A model generated the notes under the pieces. That model saw only the letters and a program-made list of their open reading frames with translations. It was not told the DNA's origin and searched no databases. DNA of 64,000 nucleotides from Acidobacteriota bacterium (lineage in GTDB: Bacteria; Acidobacteriota; UBA890; WLXD01). The stretch is taken from positions 1,248,001 through 1,312,000 of the forward strand of contig CBDFKD010000002.1 of NCBI GenBank assembly GCA_965248695.1, given 5' to 3'. This document shows positions 39,477 to 48,541 of the stretch, piece by piece. A program made the translations under genes and the position numbers. Every line of letters starts with the position of its first letter. The stretch's first letter is position 1.

Positions 39477-42166
39477 TGCGCGCTCGCGCCTTCCTGTGCA
39501 ATTTGTCGCTGCGGGCGCTGCCGGCGCCCCTGCGCCGGGAACACGGCGCCGACATAACGGATCTCTATCTCGAGCGACAACGTCAGGCGCGTCGCCGAGG
39601 CCGGGCCGCGGCGGCGCGGTATTCGTTGTTGGCGTTCGTCGACTTGCTGGGCTCCGCCGCTCGAACCCGGTTCCGCCGCCGGGAGGCGCCGGCCCACCTC
39701 GCCCGATTGAACGACTCTCCCCTGAGCTCATGGACCCCTGAGATGCTTCTACGCGACCTGAACTTCGGTATTCGCACGCTCCTGCATCGCCCCGGATTCA
39801 CCGCCGTGGTGCTGATCACGCTGGGCCTGGGGATCGGCGCCAACGCCATCATCTACTCCGCGATCGACAACATCGTGCTCAACCCGTTCGACTTCCCGGA
39901 GCCTGATCGGACCGTCGCCATCGGGGTCGAATACCCGCGCTTGGGGCAACCACTGGGATTCTTCGAGGTGATCTCGCCGCCCGAGTACAACGACATCCTC
40001 GAACAGACGACGGCGTTCGAGCGCACGGCCGCATTCGACATCGGCAATCGACAGATCACCGGCGGCGACATTCCGCAGAATCTGCGTACCGGATTCTGGT
40101 GGGGCGATCCGCTGCGGGTGCTGGGCATGAGCCCGGTGCACGGGCGCTTCTTCTCGGCCGATGAGATTCGCCAACAGGCACCGCTGGCGCTGGTGAGCAA
40201 CCGGGTGTTCGAGTCACGTTTCGCCGGCGACCCCGCGATCGTCGGGCAGACGATCCAGATCAACGGCGTCGACCACACGCTGCTCGGCGTCTTCCCGACG
40301 CCGGCGGTGGTCTACGGGATCGATCTGTGGACGCCAATGTGGGCGCAGCCGGAAGACTTCACTCGCACCCGTCGGCAGATGAACGTCGTCGCCCGGCTCG
40401 GCGACGACGTCACGCTGACGCAGGCGAACGCCGAGCTCGAGGCAGTCGCACGCCGCACCGAGCTCGAGTACGGCGACCAGCACGACGAGTATGTCGGCTG
40501 GCGTCTGGAGACCATGACCTGGACCGACGCCAACGTCCGCACCCTCAAGCCCACCGCCTTCGTGCTCATGGGAACGGTGTCGTTCGTGCTGCTGTTGGTG
40601 TGCGCCAACGTCGCCAGCCTGCTGCTGTCACGCTCCTCGAGTCGTCGCCGAGAGATCGCGGTGCGCGCGGCACTGGGTGCCGGCCGTGCCCGGATCGTGC
40701 GGCAGCTGCTGTCCGAGAGCCTGCTGATGGCCGTGCTCGGCGGTGCCGTCGGGCTGGCGCTCGCCTGGGTCGGGCTGCAGTGGCTGGTAGCCAACACACC
40801 GGCACCGTTGTTGCCCACCACGCGGCCAATCGGCCTGAACCTGCGAGCGCTCTACTACACCGGCTTCGTATCGGTGCTTGCCGGCGTGCTCTTCGGTATC
40901 GTGCCGGCCCTGCAGTCGGCGCGCTTCGACCTGCACGGGACGCTCACCGAGAGTGGGCGCTCCACCGGCGGTCGCTCGCGCCGGCGGCTACACGGCGTGT
41001 TCGTCGCCGTCGAGGTGGCGCTGGCGCTGATGCTGTTGACCGGTGCCGGAATGTTCATCCACAGCTTCGCGCGCCTACAGCGAGTCGACCCCGGTATGGA
41101 CGTCGACAACGTCCTGACCATGCGACTCACGCTTCCCTGGGAGAAGTTCGAGGGTGAAGCGATTGCCAACTTCTTCGTCGACCTCGCCGACCGCGTGGAA
41201 AATATTCCCGGAGTCCGCAGCGCCGCGTCGGGATCGCAGTTCGCGCCGATCGGGTTCATCCGACAACGGTTCGCCATCGATGGACAGGCGGTCGCCGACG
41301 AGTCGGAGCTGCCCAACGCGCTGCTGACCATCGCCACCGCCGACTACTTCGAGACCCTCGGCATCCCGTTACGAACCGGCCGCTTCTTCGACAGCGGCGA
41401 CCTGCCTGGCACCCAAACGGTGACGGTGATCAACCAGACCCTGGCGACGCGCACCTTCGGCGACGAGCCCGCGGTCGGCAAGCGCATCAAGCTCGGCGCC
41501 CCGGACGACGAGGAGCGCCCGTGGCTCACGGTCGTCGGTGTGGTTGGCGACACCAAGAACAACGGCCTGGCGGCGCCGGTGCAACCCGAGCTGTTCGTCG
41601 GCCTGCGACAGGTGAACGGCGTGTTCAACCAGCTGTACCTGCTGGTGCGAACCGAGGCCGAGCCGCGCGCGCTGTTGCCGCAGATCAGACAGGCGGTAGC
41701 AGATCTGGATCCAGAGCAACCGATCTACGGCATTCGAACAGTAGACGAGGCCTTCGCCCAGGGCTTCGCCATGGAGGGGTTCGCGCTGAGAATGCTGACG
41801 GCGTTCTCGGTCCTCGCGCTGGTACTCGCCGCGGTAGGCATTTCCGGCGTGGTGGCATTCGCAGTGAGTGAGCGGTCGCGCGAGATCGGTGTACGTATGG
41901 CGCTGGGCGCGGTCGGCTCGGAGGTGCGTCGCCTGGTAGTGCGGCAAGCGCTGCTCCCGGTGGCCATCGGCGCGGTGATCGGTCTGGGGTTGTCGATGGC
42001 GCTCGGGCAGGCTCTATCAAGCATCCTCTTCGAGGTCGGGATGGGCGATCCGACGACGATGCTCGGCGTGGCCATTGTGCTCGGCCTGGTGGCGGCGGCA
42101 GCCGGCTACCTGCCCGCCCGACGAGCCAGCCGCATCGACCCGGTAGCGGCATTGCGAGCGGAGTAG
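39476..42166 (+). CDS. ADOP-family duplicated ABC permease (MacB/FtsX repeats)
   Basis: RDLNFGIRTL..PGFTAV...LGLGIGAN; CANVASLLL..RRREIAVRAALGA; C-terminal PARRASRIDPVAALRAE. Confidence 0.92.
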   Translation: MRARAFLCNLSLRALPAPLRREHGADITDLYLERQRQARRRGRAAAARYSLLAFVDLLGSAARTRFRRREAPAHLARLNDSPLSSWTPEMLLRDLNFGIRTLLHRPGFTAVVLITLGLGIGANAIIYSAIDNIVLNPFDFPEPDRTVAIGVEYPRLGQPLGFFEVISPPEYNDILEQTTAFERTAAFDIGNRQITGGDIPQNLRTGFWWGDPLRVLGMSPVHGRFFSADEIRQQAPLALVSNRVFESRFAGDPAIVGQTIQINGVDHTLLGVFPTPAVVYGIDLWTPMWAQPEDFTRTRRQMNVVARLGDDVTLTQANAELEAVARRTELEYGDQHDEYVGWRLETMTWTDANVRTLKPTAFVLMGTVSFVLLLVCANVASLLLSRSSSRRREIAVRAALGAGRARIVRQLLSESLLMAVLGGAVGLALAWVGLQWLVANTPAPLLPTTRPIGLNLRALYYTGFVSVLAGVLFGIVPALQSARFDLHGTLTESGRSTGGRSRRRLHGVFVAVEVALALMLLTGAGMFIHSFARLQRVDPGMDVDNVLTMRLTLPWEKFEGEAIANFFVDLADRVENIPGVRSAASGSQFAPIGFIRQRFAIDGQAVADESELPNALLTIATADYFETLGIPLRTGRFFDSGDLPGTQTVTVINQTLATRTFGDEPAVGKRIKLGAPDDEERPWLTVVGVVGDTKNNGLAAPVQPELFVGLRQVNGVFNQLYLLVRTEAEPRALLPQIRQAVADLDPEQPIYGIRTVDEAFAQGFAMEGFALRMLTAFSVLALVLAAVGISGVVAFAVSERSREIGVRMALGAVGSEVRRLVVRQALLPVAIGAVIGLGLSMALGQALSSILFEVGMGDPTTMLGVAIVLGLVAAAAGYLPARRASRIDPVAALRAE

Positions 42167-42186
42167 CCAGCATCCCCCGCGGCTCG

Positions 42187-43062
42187 CTAGTCTCCGACAG
42201 GACGCGCCCTCAGGCTCAGCAGCCACAGGTCCGCATCCCGCGGTTCGAGCGTCAGCGCGTCGACACGTTGGCGGATGCGGTCGGCCGCCACCGTCAGACG
42301 ACACCGATACGGTCCCGCCTCGTCAACGCCGGCGATCGCCTCCTGCGAGTCCGAATCGCACTCGAAGGCTCCCTCCGGCAGCGCGACGCGATTCCACTCC
42401 ACTCCCGTGTTGCCAGGATCGCCGGCGGCGACCAGGAAGACGAGCTCGACCTCGTACGCCGGGCCCGGGCGCAGCGACAGGAACACCCCCGTATGGATCC
42501 CCAGTTGCCTGCCTCTGCGGCGGTCGGGAGGCGACCAGCCGCGGCCAAGCGAACGGGCTGATGCTGCGCGGCTGAAATCGATGCTCACGTTGCGCCGGCT
42601 CTCCGTGGGTCGTTGGCCACGGTACAAATGCGTTGCAGACGCATCGTCCGCCTGGCCTCCGAGTTGCCGGATCCAGTCGAAGCGTTGCGGCGGCATACCT
42701 GCTGCGTCGGGCGCCGGCCCCAGGATCCAGTCGTAGAAGTCGAGCCGCAGCGTCGGATCCGACAGGGTGGCACCCAGGTCGCCGACTCGATCGACGCCGC
42801 CGAGCCAGGCGTTGTCGCCCAGCAGTGTCGCATCGGCGAGCGTCCAATCTTCAGCGCGCACGCTGCTCCGCAGCCAGGGGTCGTCACCAGTCTCGGTGGC
42901 GGGCGGTTCCTCAGGCGGTGTTTCGACCGTTGCAGGCGTACAACTCGGGCTCATCAGCATGAGCGAGACCGCGACCGGCACGGCAACGGATGCCGGCACC
43001 CGCCGTTGTCGCCATCTGCGCTGGATATCGAGCGTCGTCAACTTGCCTGCCCCGGAGGCCAC
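42187..43062 (-). CDS. Hypothetical exported protein
   Basis: Long ORF filling the gap, with a hydrophobic leader followed by Cys (SPSC). Start uncertain. Confidence 0.5.
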   Translation of the reverse strand: MASGAGKLTTLDIQRRWRQRRVPASVAVPVAVSLMLMSPSCTPATVETPPEEPPATETGDDPWLRSSVRAEDWTLADATLLGDNAWLGGVDRVGDLGATLSDPTLRLDFYDWILGPAPDAAGMPPQRFDWIRQLGGQADDASATHLYRGQRPTESRRNVSIDFSRAASARSLGRGWSPPDRRRGRQLGIHTGVFLSLRPGPAYEVELVFLVAAGDPGNTGVEWNRVALPEGAFECDSDSQEAIAGVDEAGPYRCRLTVAADRIRQRVDALTLEPRDADLWLLSLRARPVGD

Positions 43063-43187
43063 TCAGGCCACCGCTTCCGCCGAACGCGCCGCGCACCGGC
43101 GTCGACCGCCGATCGGCGCGGCGCTACTCTAGTCACCCGAGTCAGGACACTATCAGTCTCTCTTGAAGCGCGGACCCCGAGACGAGC

Positions 43188-43616
43188 ATGCGCATCGCCA
43201 TCGCCGCCGACCACGGCGGCTACGAGCTCAAGGAGCACGTCAAGCTCCGCCTGCAGGCGCAGGGCCACGTCGTCGAGGACTACGGCGTGCACGACACCAA
43301 CCCCGCCGACTACGCCGACGTCGGCCGCCCGGCGGCGCGCGCAGTGGCGCACGGCAAGGCCGATCGCGCCGTGCTCATCGACACCGTCGGCATCGCCATG
43401 TGCATGGTCGCCAACCGCATCGGCTTCGTGCGCGCGGCAATGTGCAACAACCCCCACACCGCGACGATGGCGCGCGAGCACAACGACGCCAACGTGCTGT
43501 GCCTGGGCGGCGGCATGATCGGCCGGACGATGGCCGACAGCGTGCTGAGGGCCTTCCTGGAGACCGAGTTCGGTGGAGGCCGCCATCAGCGACGGGTCGA
43601 CAAGATCGAGCCCTAG
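43188..43616 (+). CDS. rpiB: Ribose-5-phosphate isomerase B family
   Basis: IAADHGG..LK, DY, ANR, AREHNDANVLCLG, FGGGRHQRRVDKI. The usual CGTG motif reads DTVG. Confidence 0.88.
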   Translation: MRIAIAADHGGYELKEHVKLRLQAQGHVVEDYGVHDTNPADYADVGRPAARAVAHGKADRAVLIDTVGIAMCMVANRIGFVRAAMCNNPHTATMAREHNDANVLCLGGGMIGRTMADSVLRAFLETEFGGGRHQRRVDKIEP

Positions 43617-43727
43617 CCCGCTCGCCTACTCCACGTCCTTGCTCAGCACAGCGATCTTCTTCAGAAGCGCAACCCCGTTGACGTTCCAGACGTGTACTGG
43701 ACGAAAAGCCCGTATGCCCGATCGGGC

Positions 43728-43756
43728 TTGACTCGATATGCCATATCAGGCATAGT
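43728..43756 (+). promoter_or_regulatory. Promoter with palindromic operator of a TA operon
   Basis: TTGACT-N17-CATAGT overlapping TATGCC-N6-GGCATA. Confidence 0.6.
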
Positions 43757-43767
43757 CACTCTACGCT

Positions 43768-43868
43768 GCACGACGAGCGAGTAGACAAGCCTTTAGTCAT
43801 CCTGAGCGGTGAGATCAGTACAGCTCGACCAAGCCAAGAGACTGCTGCGGGAATACGACACGGACTGA
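43768..43868 (+). pseudogene. RelE/Gp49-like toxin remnant with a large internal deletion
   Basis: VDKPLVILSGEI (N-terminus) is joined out of frame to LDQAKRLLREYDTD* (C-terminus), directly upstream of the HTH antitoxin. Confidence 0.6.
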
Positions 43869-43883
43869 CAACGGAGGTTAACG

Positions 43884-44195
43884 ATGCCGCTTAGTGCCAA
43901 AAAGACGGCTCGAATCGATGCGATGGGTGGGCGAGTTGCCACCGTCGAGGAGTGGCTCGACCTCACGCCAGAGGAAGTCGCGGTGATCGACATGAAGATC
44001 CGCCTGGGAGAGGAGTTCAAAGCTCGACGCAGAAAGAGGAAGCTTTCTCAGGAGCGCGTCGCCAAGATCCTGAAGACCAGCCAGGGCAGAGTATCGAAGC
44101 TGGAGAAGGGCCGGGCTACGCTGGATCAGTTGGCGCGGTCGGTGCTCGCGTTGGGCGGCTCCACGAAAGAGGTGGGTCGGGCGATCTCAGGTTGA
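43884..44195 (+). CDS. XRE/HTH antitoxin-like regulator
   Basis: RBS GGAGG; TVEEWLDLTPEE...KLSQERVAKILKTSQGRVSKLEKG. Confidence 0.85.
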   Translation: MPLSAKKTARIDAMGGRVATVEEWLDLTPEEVAVIDMKIRLGEEFKARRRKRKLSQERVAKILKTSQGRVSKLEKGRATLDQLARSVLALGGSTKEVGRAISG

Positions 44196-44245
44196 TGAAC
44201 GCGTGCCTTTGCTGTTCGCCGGCACGTGTACAGCGCGCTCGCCTT

Positions 44246-44304
44246 CAGGACGACCTTCATCTGATCCACTCCGCCAGGACGACACTCATCAGCGACTGCT
44301 ACGG
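44246..44304 (-). repeat. Fragments of the brnA 3' end immediately after the higA stop
   Basis: 44262-44304 matches 46778-46820 at 40/43 nt; 44246-44261 matches 46791-46806 exactly. Confidence 0.85.
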
Positions 44305-44622
44305 CTACGCCGCCCCCGATGGTCGCCGGTGACGTCGGATGCGACGTAGCTGACTCTTTTCGCTCTTCTGCGCCCAATACAGGTCCCAGCGCAGTTGCAG
44401 GTTCATCCAGAACCCGGCTGACATGTCGAAGAACCTGGCCAGTCGTAGCGCCGTGCTCGGGGTCACGCCGCGTCGTCCATTGACCAGCTCGTTGATCCGT
44501 TGGTACGGAACGTGGATCGCGTCGGCGAGTTGTCGCTGGGTGATCCCCATCGGAACCAAGAACTCTTCGAGCAGCATCTCTCCCGGGTGAGTGGGCGCGC
44601 GCTGTGTCGGGACTCTGACCAT
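44305..44622 (-). CDS. higA: HigA-family antitoxin
   Basis: PTHPGEMLLEEFL.P.GITQ..LA.AI.V..QRINEL....RGVTPSTALRLA.FF..S..FWMNLQ. Confidence 0.93.
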   Translation of the reverse strand: MVRVPTQRAPTHPGEMLLEEFLVPMGITQRQLADAIHVPYQRINELVNGRRGVTPSTALRLARFFDMSAGFWMNLQLRWDLYWAQKSEKSQLRRIRRHRRPSGAA

Positions 44623-44633
44623 TGCCTCAGTAC

Positions 44634-44927
44634 CTAGTGATAGTCAACGATCTCGACGTCCGAGGGACCGCCTTCGGTCCAGTTGAAGCAGATCCTGAAC
44701 TGCTGATTGACGCGTATGCTGTGCTGGCCCTTGCGGTTGGCCTTCAGAACCTCGAGCTTGTTCCCGGGCGGCACGGCCAGGTCGGAGATCGCGGACGCCG
44801 AATCGAGCTGGTCCAGTTTCCGTCGTGCCACGATCCAGAGTTGACTCGGGCAGCATTTCCGGGCCGCTTTCGTCGAGCGACCGTTGAAAACATCTTCGAC
44901 CCCCGAACTCTGGAACGACCGAATCAC
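44634..44927 (-). CDS. higB: HigB/RelE-family toxin
   Basis: IRSF...ARRKLDQLD....DL.VPPGNKLE.LK..RKGQHSIRVNQQFRICF.W....DVEIVDYH. Confidence 0.93.
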   Translation of the reverse strand: MIRSFQSSGVEDVFNGRSTKAARKCCPSQLWIVARRKLDQLDSASAISDLAVPPGNKLEVLKANRKGQHSIRVNQQFRICFNWTEGGPSDVEIVDYH

Positions 44928-45002
44928 CGTAACATGATAGCACGGCTCCCACGCTATCGACGAGATGGGTTTGGCGCGCCCGCGCTCAACGCGGCGTTTC
45001 TC

Positions 45003-45722
45003 TCACTGTTCGGTGTCGATCATGAGTCGGAGGGTTGCTTGACCGTCTCCTGCTCTCTCAATCCGGCGCCATGCAGGATGGCTCAGATCCAGGAGCTCTT
45101 TCCGGCGGCGGAGCCAGGTTCGCTCGGTTGAGCGCAGATCTGCTCGGGCTCTGAAGGGGTCGCTCACGAGTGACAGGAGGAACGCGAGATCTCGGCGCTG
45201 TGCGTCAGGCAGATCGTCTACGGCCACCGCTCGCGCCTTGATCAGGATCGCTCCGAGCAGATTGGGCCTGGGAATCTGGCCGGCCACATCACCGCAGCGA
45301 ACATCGACTGTCTCGGAACGCCTGAGAGCCTGTGAGCCACCCGGCACCTCGACGGTTCGGGCGCCTCCGACGGTCCTGAGCGCCGCGAGACCCCGCAACC
45401 CATCAGGCGCTAGTACATCCACGGCAGTGTCGTTGCGCAGGAAGCGGTGCCCTATGTTATTCGCGCCAGCCCCTTCGAAGCGGTAGCCGGCGTCCAGCAG
45501 GGTCTGGGCGAGCGCCTTGGGAGCGCCGCGAAGGAGGCGTGCCCCGGCGAGAACGTCGATGTCGGTACTTGCCCGGAGTGGCTCGACCCCGTTCTCGAAC
45601 CCGTGCAGCTCAACCATCTGGGCGCCGATAAGAGTCCAGGGAGCGCGAAAGACGTCGCTCAGATGAATCGCCGCTTGCCACAGGCGGGCCCGGCGGTCGT
45701 CGTCAGTCGGCAGCTCGATCAT
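45003..45722 (-). CDS. Nucleotidyltransferase-fold putative toxin (AbiEii-like)
   Basis: WTLIGAQMV.LH....R.STDIDV (G[A/S/G]...DxD), VDVL, L.KA; overlaps the upstream HTH gene. Confidence 0.7.
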   Translation of the reverse strand: MIELPTDDDRRARLWQAAIHLSDVFRAPWTLIGAQMVELHGFENGVEPLRASTDIDVLAGARLLRGAPKALAQTLLDAGYRFEGAGANNIGHRFLRNDTAVDVLAPDGLRGLAALRTVGGARTVEVPGGSQALRRSETVDVRCGDVAGQIPRPNLLGAILIKARAVAVDDLPDAQRRDLAFLLSLVSDPFRARADLRSTERTWLRRRKELLDLSHPAWRRIERAGDGQATLRLMIDTEQ

Positions 45723-46401
45723 CGCGCAGCTGATGGATCAGGCTCTTGCCGGCGCGTCGGGCTCGACTGTCGACCGACTCCATGAGGTCGAGGGCAACGA
45801 CCACCGGGCTGAGAAAACCGTCTCTCAGCGGCAGTCGGCCCATGTCGTCGACGGCGTGCAGGACGACATTCCCATCGCCGTCGGGAGACAGGGCATAGCG
45901 CTGCTCGAGCGCGGGCAGCTCATCGCGGCCGACGTAGGCCTCCAACTCGTTTCGACCGAGGACATCGACGTTGTAGTTGTCGGCAGCGCTGATTCCGCTA
46001 CGAGCTAGTGATCGATCCGAAGCTAGGCGGCCCAGCAGCCCACGATGTACGTGGCAACGGTTCACCGATGCCCGGCGCCGCAGTCGAGGAGCCAGCTGCA
46101 CGAGTTGATCCTCTCGTAGCCGCTGACGGAACCGAGAGAGCTGCCACCTGCTCACCCAGTTCACAGCGTGCCCTTCCCAGAGGTTCAGCAACGCCCAAGC
46201 ACTGGTCTCGTCGTATGGCCGACCGGGGGACGGACGCAGGCTTTGCTGTCGCTCCAGACTCCAAGCGTCGATAAACCACCGGCCGGCGATCTTGCTACCT
46301 CGCAAATCACCTTGGCGAAGTAGTTGATGGATCTGCGAGTGATGAACGCGCAGCCGCTGCGCGGCATCCGAGACTGCGATTGGGACCGATAGTGGAGCCA
46401 T
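45703..46401 (-). CDS. HTH DNA-binding putative antitoxin (excisionase-like HTH plus AbiEi-like C-terminus)
   Basis: VSDAAQRLRVHHSQIHQLLRQGDL.G.KIAGRWFI; SGISAA; VALDL.ES...R..RAG. Confidence 0.65.
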   Translation of the reverse strand: MAPLSVPIAVSDAAQRLRVHHSQIHQLLRQGDLRGSKIAGRWFIDAWSLERQQSLRPSPGRPYDETSAWALLNLWEGHAVNWVSRWQLSRFRQRLREDQLVQLAPRLRRRASVNRCHVHRGLLGRLASDRSLARSGISAADNYNVDVLGRNELEAYVGRDELPALEQRYALSPDGDGNVVLHAVDDMGRLPLRDGFLSPVVVALDLMESVDSRARRAGKSLIHQLRDDRAAD

Positions 46402-46439
46402 AGGAAGAACCGTGAAGTTTCGCCTAGATTCAAAGAGAT

Positions 46440-46474
46440 TGCAGGAATTATATAGTTATCTATATATTTCTGCA
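46440..46474. promoter_or_regulatory. AT-rich near-perfect palindrome upstream of the HTH/NTase pair
   Basis: TGCAGGAATTATATAG-TTAT-CTATATATTTCTGCA. Confidence 0.6.
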
Positions 46475-46530
46475 CAACTCGCTCATAGAAATTGATCTAG
46501 TCACACCATGGTGCGGCGTCGGTCGATATC

Positions 46531-46752
46531 TTGTTCTTGACGATTATGTGCGTGCTGCGACTTGCCGAGCGAGAAGAGGTCGTGATCACACGTCACGGCC
46601 GTCCCGCCGGGGTATTGGTCGGGTTTGGAACCGAGGACGACTGGTTCGATTGTCAGCTGGAGAATGATCCGCGCTTCCTGGCGCGAATCGAGAAGGCTCG
46701 ACATAGCCTCGCCCAGGGCAAGAGCACGAAGCTCGAGGACCTGGACTTGTAA
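46531..46752 (+). pseudogene. Phd/YefM antitoxin lacking its N-terminus; no toxin partner
   Basis: LRLAEREEVVITRHGRPAGVLVGF..EDDWF...LENDPRFLARIEKAR. The first ~15 aa of the family are missing. Confidence 0.7.
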
Positions 46753-46757
46753 CAGCG

Positions 46758-47015
46758 TCAGGCGGCGGACTGTCGTTTGATCCACTCCGCCAGGACGACC
46801 TTCATCAGCGACTGGTACGGAACATCGCGCCGATTGGCCTCCCGCTTGAGCTCGTCCAGCAGCCAACTCGGCATGCGCATCGTGACCCGCGACGTAGACG
46901 GTTTCAGAGCGGGGAACACCGCCGGGCGCGGCTTGCCGAAGTCCACGAACTGCTCGAGGCGATCCGCTTGGCTCTCGAGGTACGCCGCCTCGTCATGCTT
47001 TGTCATCGTACCCAT
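46758..47015 (-). CDS. BrnA/CopG-like RHH antitoxin
   Basis: FPALKPSTSRVTMRMPSWLLDELKREANRRDVPYQSLMKVVLAE. Confidence 0.85.
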   Translation of the reverse strand: MGTMTKHDEAAYLESQADRLEQFVDFGKPRPAVFPALKPSTSRVTMRMPSWLLDELKREANRRDVPYQSLMKVVLAEWIKRQSAA

Positions 47016-47287
47016 CTCCTGTACTTGCGCTTCGTCGTCCAGGCGGTAGTCGGTCGGATCCGATCCTCCCGAACCGTGAACGGCACGGTGATGTGTCGAC
47101 CATCGTCGGTAAGGCCAATCAGCCAGAAGCGCGGTTCGGCCTCCGAGTGTTGTCGGTCGGGAAAGTAGGTACCGCGACCGTTCAGGAACGCGCTTTCGAC
47201 ATCGGCAATGGTGAATCCCCGAGACTCGATCTCGCTGTGATTGGCCGTGTCCCAGTCGAAGCCGGACATCGAGTCCATGTTCAGCAT
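47003..47287 (-). CDS. brnT: BrnT-family ribonuclease toxin
   Basis: GFDWD..N......G.T..DVESAF.......D..HSEAEPRF.LIG.T..GR.I.V.FTVR...IR. The C-terminus (PTTAW) is somewhat divergent. Confidence 0.8.
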   Translation of the reverse strand: MLNMDSMSGFDWDTANHSEIESRGFTIADVESAFLNGRGTYFPDRQHSEAEPRFWLIGLTDDGRHITVPFTVREDRIRPTTAWTTKRKYRRWVR

Positions 47288-47369
47288 GTACTTAAGATAG
47301 CATGTTGGTCATGTACCGCCCAACGAGTTCGACAGCCATCAGGGGCGGTGCACGATCTTCTTCAGGACC

Positions 47370-47405
47370 GTTGACAACTCCCAACAAGTGTTGCAACTTG
47401 TCAAC
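47370..47405 (+). promoter_or_regulatory. Promoter/operator directly before a probably leaderless ATG
   Basis: GTTGACAA-N20-TTGTCAAC inverted repeat containing TTGACA; ATG at 47407. Confidence 0.6.
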
Positions 47406-47406
47406 A

Positions 47407-47649
47407 ATGCCGAGGAATCGTCATCCGAAGAAGGAGATCGAGGCTGCGCTATCTGATGCAGAGGCCGCAGGATGGCGCGTGGAAGCAACCGCGTCGGGCC
47501 ATCGGTGGCGCGTGATGCGATGCCCTGAGGGCACTCGCGCGGGTTGTCAGGTGTCGATCTGGTCGACGCCGCGGAATGCCGGCAATCATGCCGCGCAGCT
47601 TAGAAGAGCTATCGATCGTTGCAGTCACTTTCGACGGGAGAATCGATGA
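47407..47649 (+). CDS. HicA-like small putative toxin
   Basis: MPRNRHPKKEIEAAL..AE..GWRVE...GH.W....C.......SIWSTPRN..NHA..LRR....C. Confidence 0.65.
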   Translation: MPRNRHPKKEIEAALSDAEAAGWRVEATASGHRWRVMRCPEGTRAGCQVSIWSTPRNAGNHAAQLRRAIDRCSHFRRENR

Positions 47650-48188
47650 CGGTTCATCGCTTCACGCTGATCGTCCAGGGGCCCGACCTGCAGGCGGAGA
47701 ACTGTGTCGACGCCCTGTTTGACGCAGGGTGCGACGATGCGGCCGTAGGGCGGGTCGCGGGCACCCAGTACCTGGACTTCGATCGGGAAGCGGAGTCGCT
47801 GGCGGACGCCGTCTTCGAAGCGACCCGCGCGATCGAGTCCGCTGTGCCAGGAGCCTGCGTCGTGCAGGTGGAGCCGGATGATCTAGTCACCATGGCCGAT
47901 ATCGCCAGGCGTACGGGCAGAACCCGCGAGAGCGTGAGACTGTTGGTGAGAGGACAGCGTGGCCCAGGGGGCTTCCCCTCGCCTGCAACGCATTTCAGGA
48001 CCCGTAACCGCATGTGGCATTGGCAGGACGCCGCCGCGTGGTTCGCCACAGTGTTCGGGGACTCCGACGAGACCGACTCGGCAGTGACGAGCTTCATCGC
48101 CGCTTTCAACGCAGGGTTACGGCTGCGTCGCGCCGAGAGCGCGCTCGAAGACAGCGAGCGCCAACGGATCCGCGAGTTGGTCGGGTGA
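47646..48188 (+). CDS. Putative antitoxin with C-terminal HTH
   Basis: ATGA overlap; DALFDAGCDDA, FDREAES, DLVTMADIARRTGRTRESVRLL..G.RGPGGFP.P. Confidence 0.75.
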   Translation: MTVHRFTLIVQGPDLQAENCVDALFDAGCDDAAVGRVAGTQYLDFDREAESLADAVFEATRAIESAVPGACVVQVEPDDLVTMADIARRTGRTRESVRLLVRGQRGPGGFPSPATHFRTRNRMWHWQDAAAWFATVFGDSDETDSAVTSFIAAFNAGLRLRRAESALEDSERQRIRELVG

Positions 48189-48253
48189 CGAACGCAACAT
48201 TCGACTTGTGACACGGCTGCGATAGCCCCGCGGAGTACGGTGATGCGACCAGC

Positions 48254-48365
48254 TCAGGCGGCGGACTGTCGTTTGATCCACTCCGCCAGGAGGTTCATCC
48301 AGAACCCGGCTGACATGTCGAAGAACCTGGCCAGTCGCAGCGCCGTGCTCGGGGTCACGCCGCGT
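48254..48365 (-). repeat. Chimeric duplicated remnant: internal higA segment fused to the brnA 3' end
   Basis: 48254-48291 equals 46758-46795 (38/38 nt); 48291-48365 matches 44399-44473 (74/75 nt). Confidence 0.9.
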
Positions 48366-48541
48366 GAAGCCGGCTACGCTACGCTTCGCCGGCTCCAACA
48401 ATCTCTTGCCAGCACCGATTCTATGAGTTACGAAGTGGCCTCAACACTTGGGGGCAGGTCAGTGGGAACACAGCGGGCGATGGGGCACTCGGACATCTTG
48501 GTATCGCCTTCCGAAAAACCCAAGCGTGGCGTGGGCGTTAC

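Noticed and set aside
44246-48365. CRISPR-like mini-array made from the repeated segments
   Set aside because: The repeats are pieces of higA and brnA coding sequence, irregularly spaced, with no cas genes in the window.
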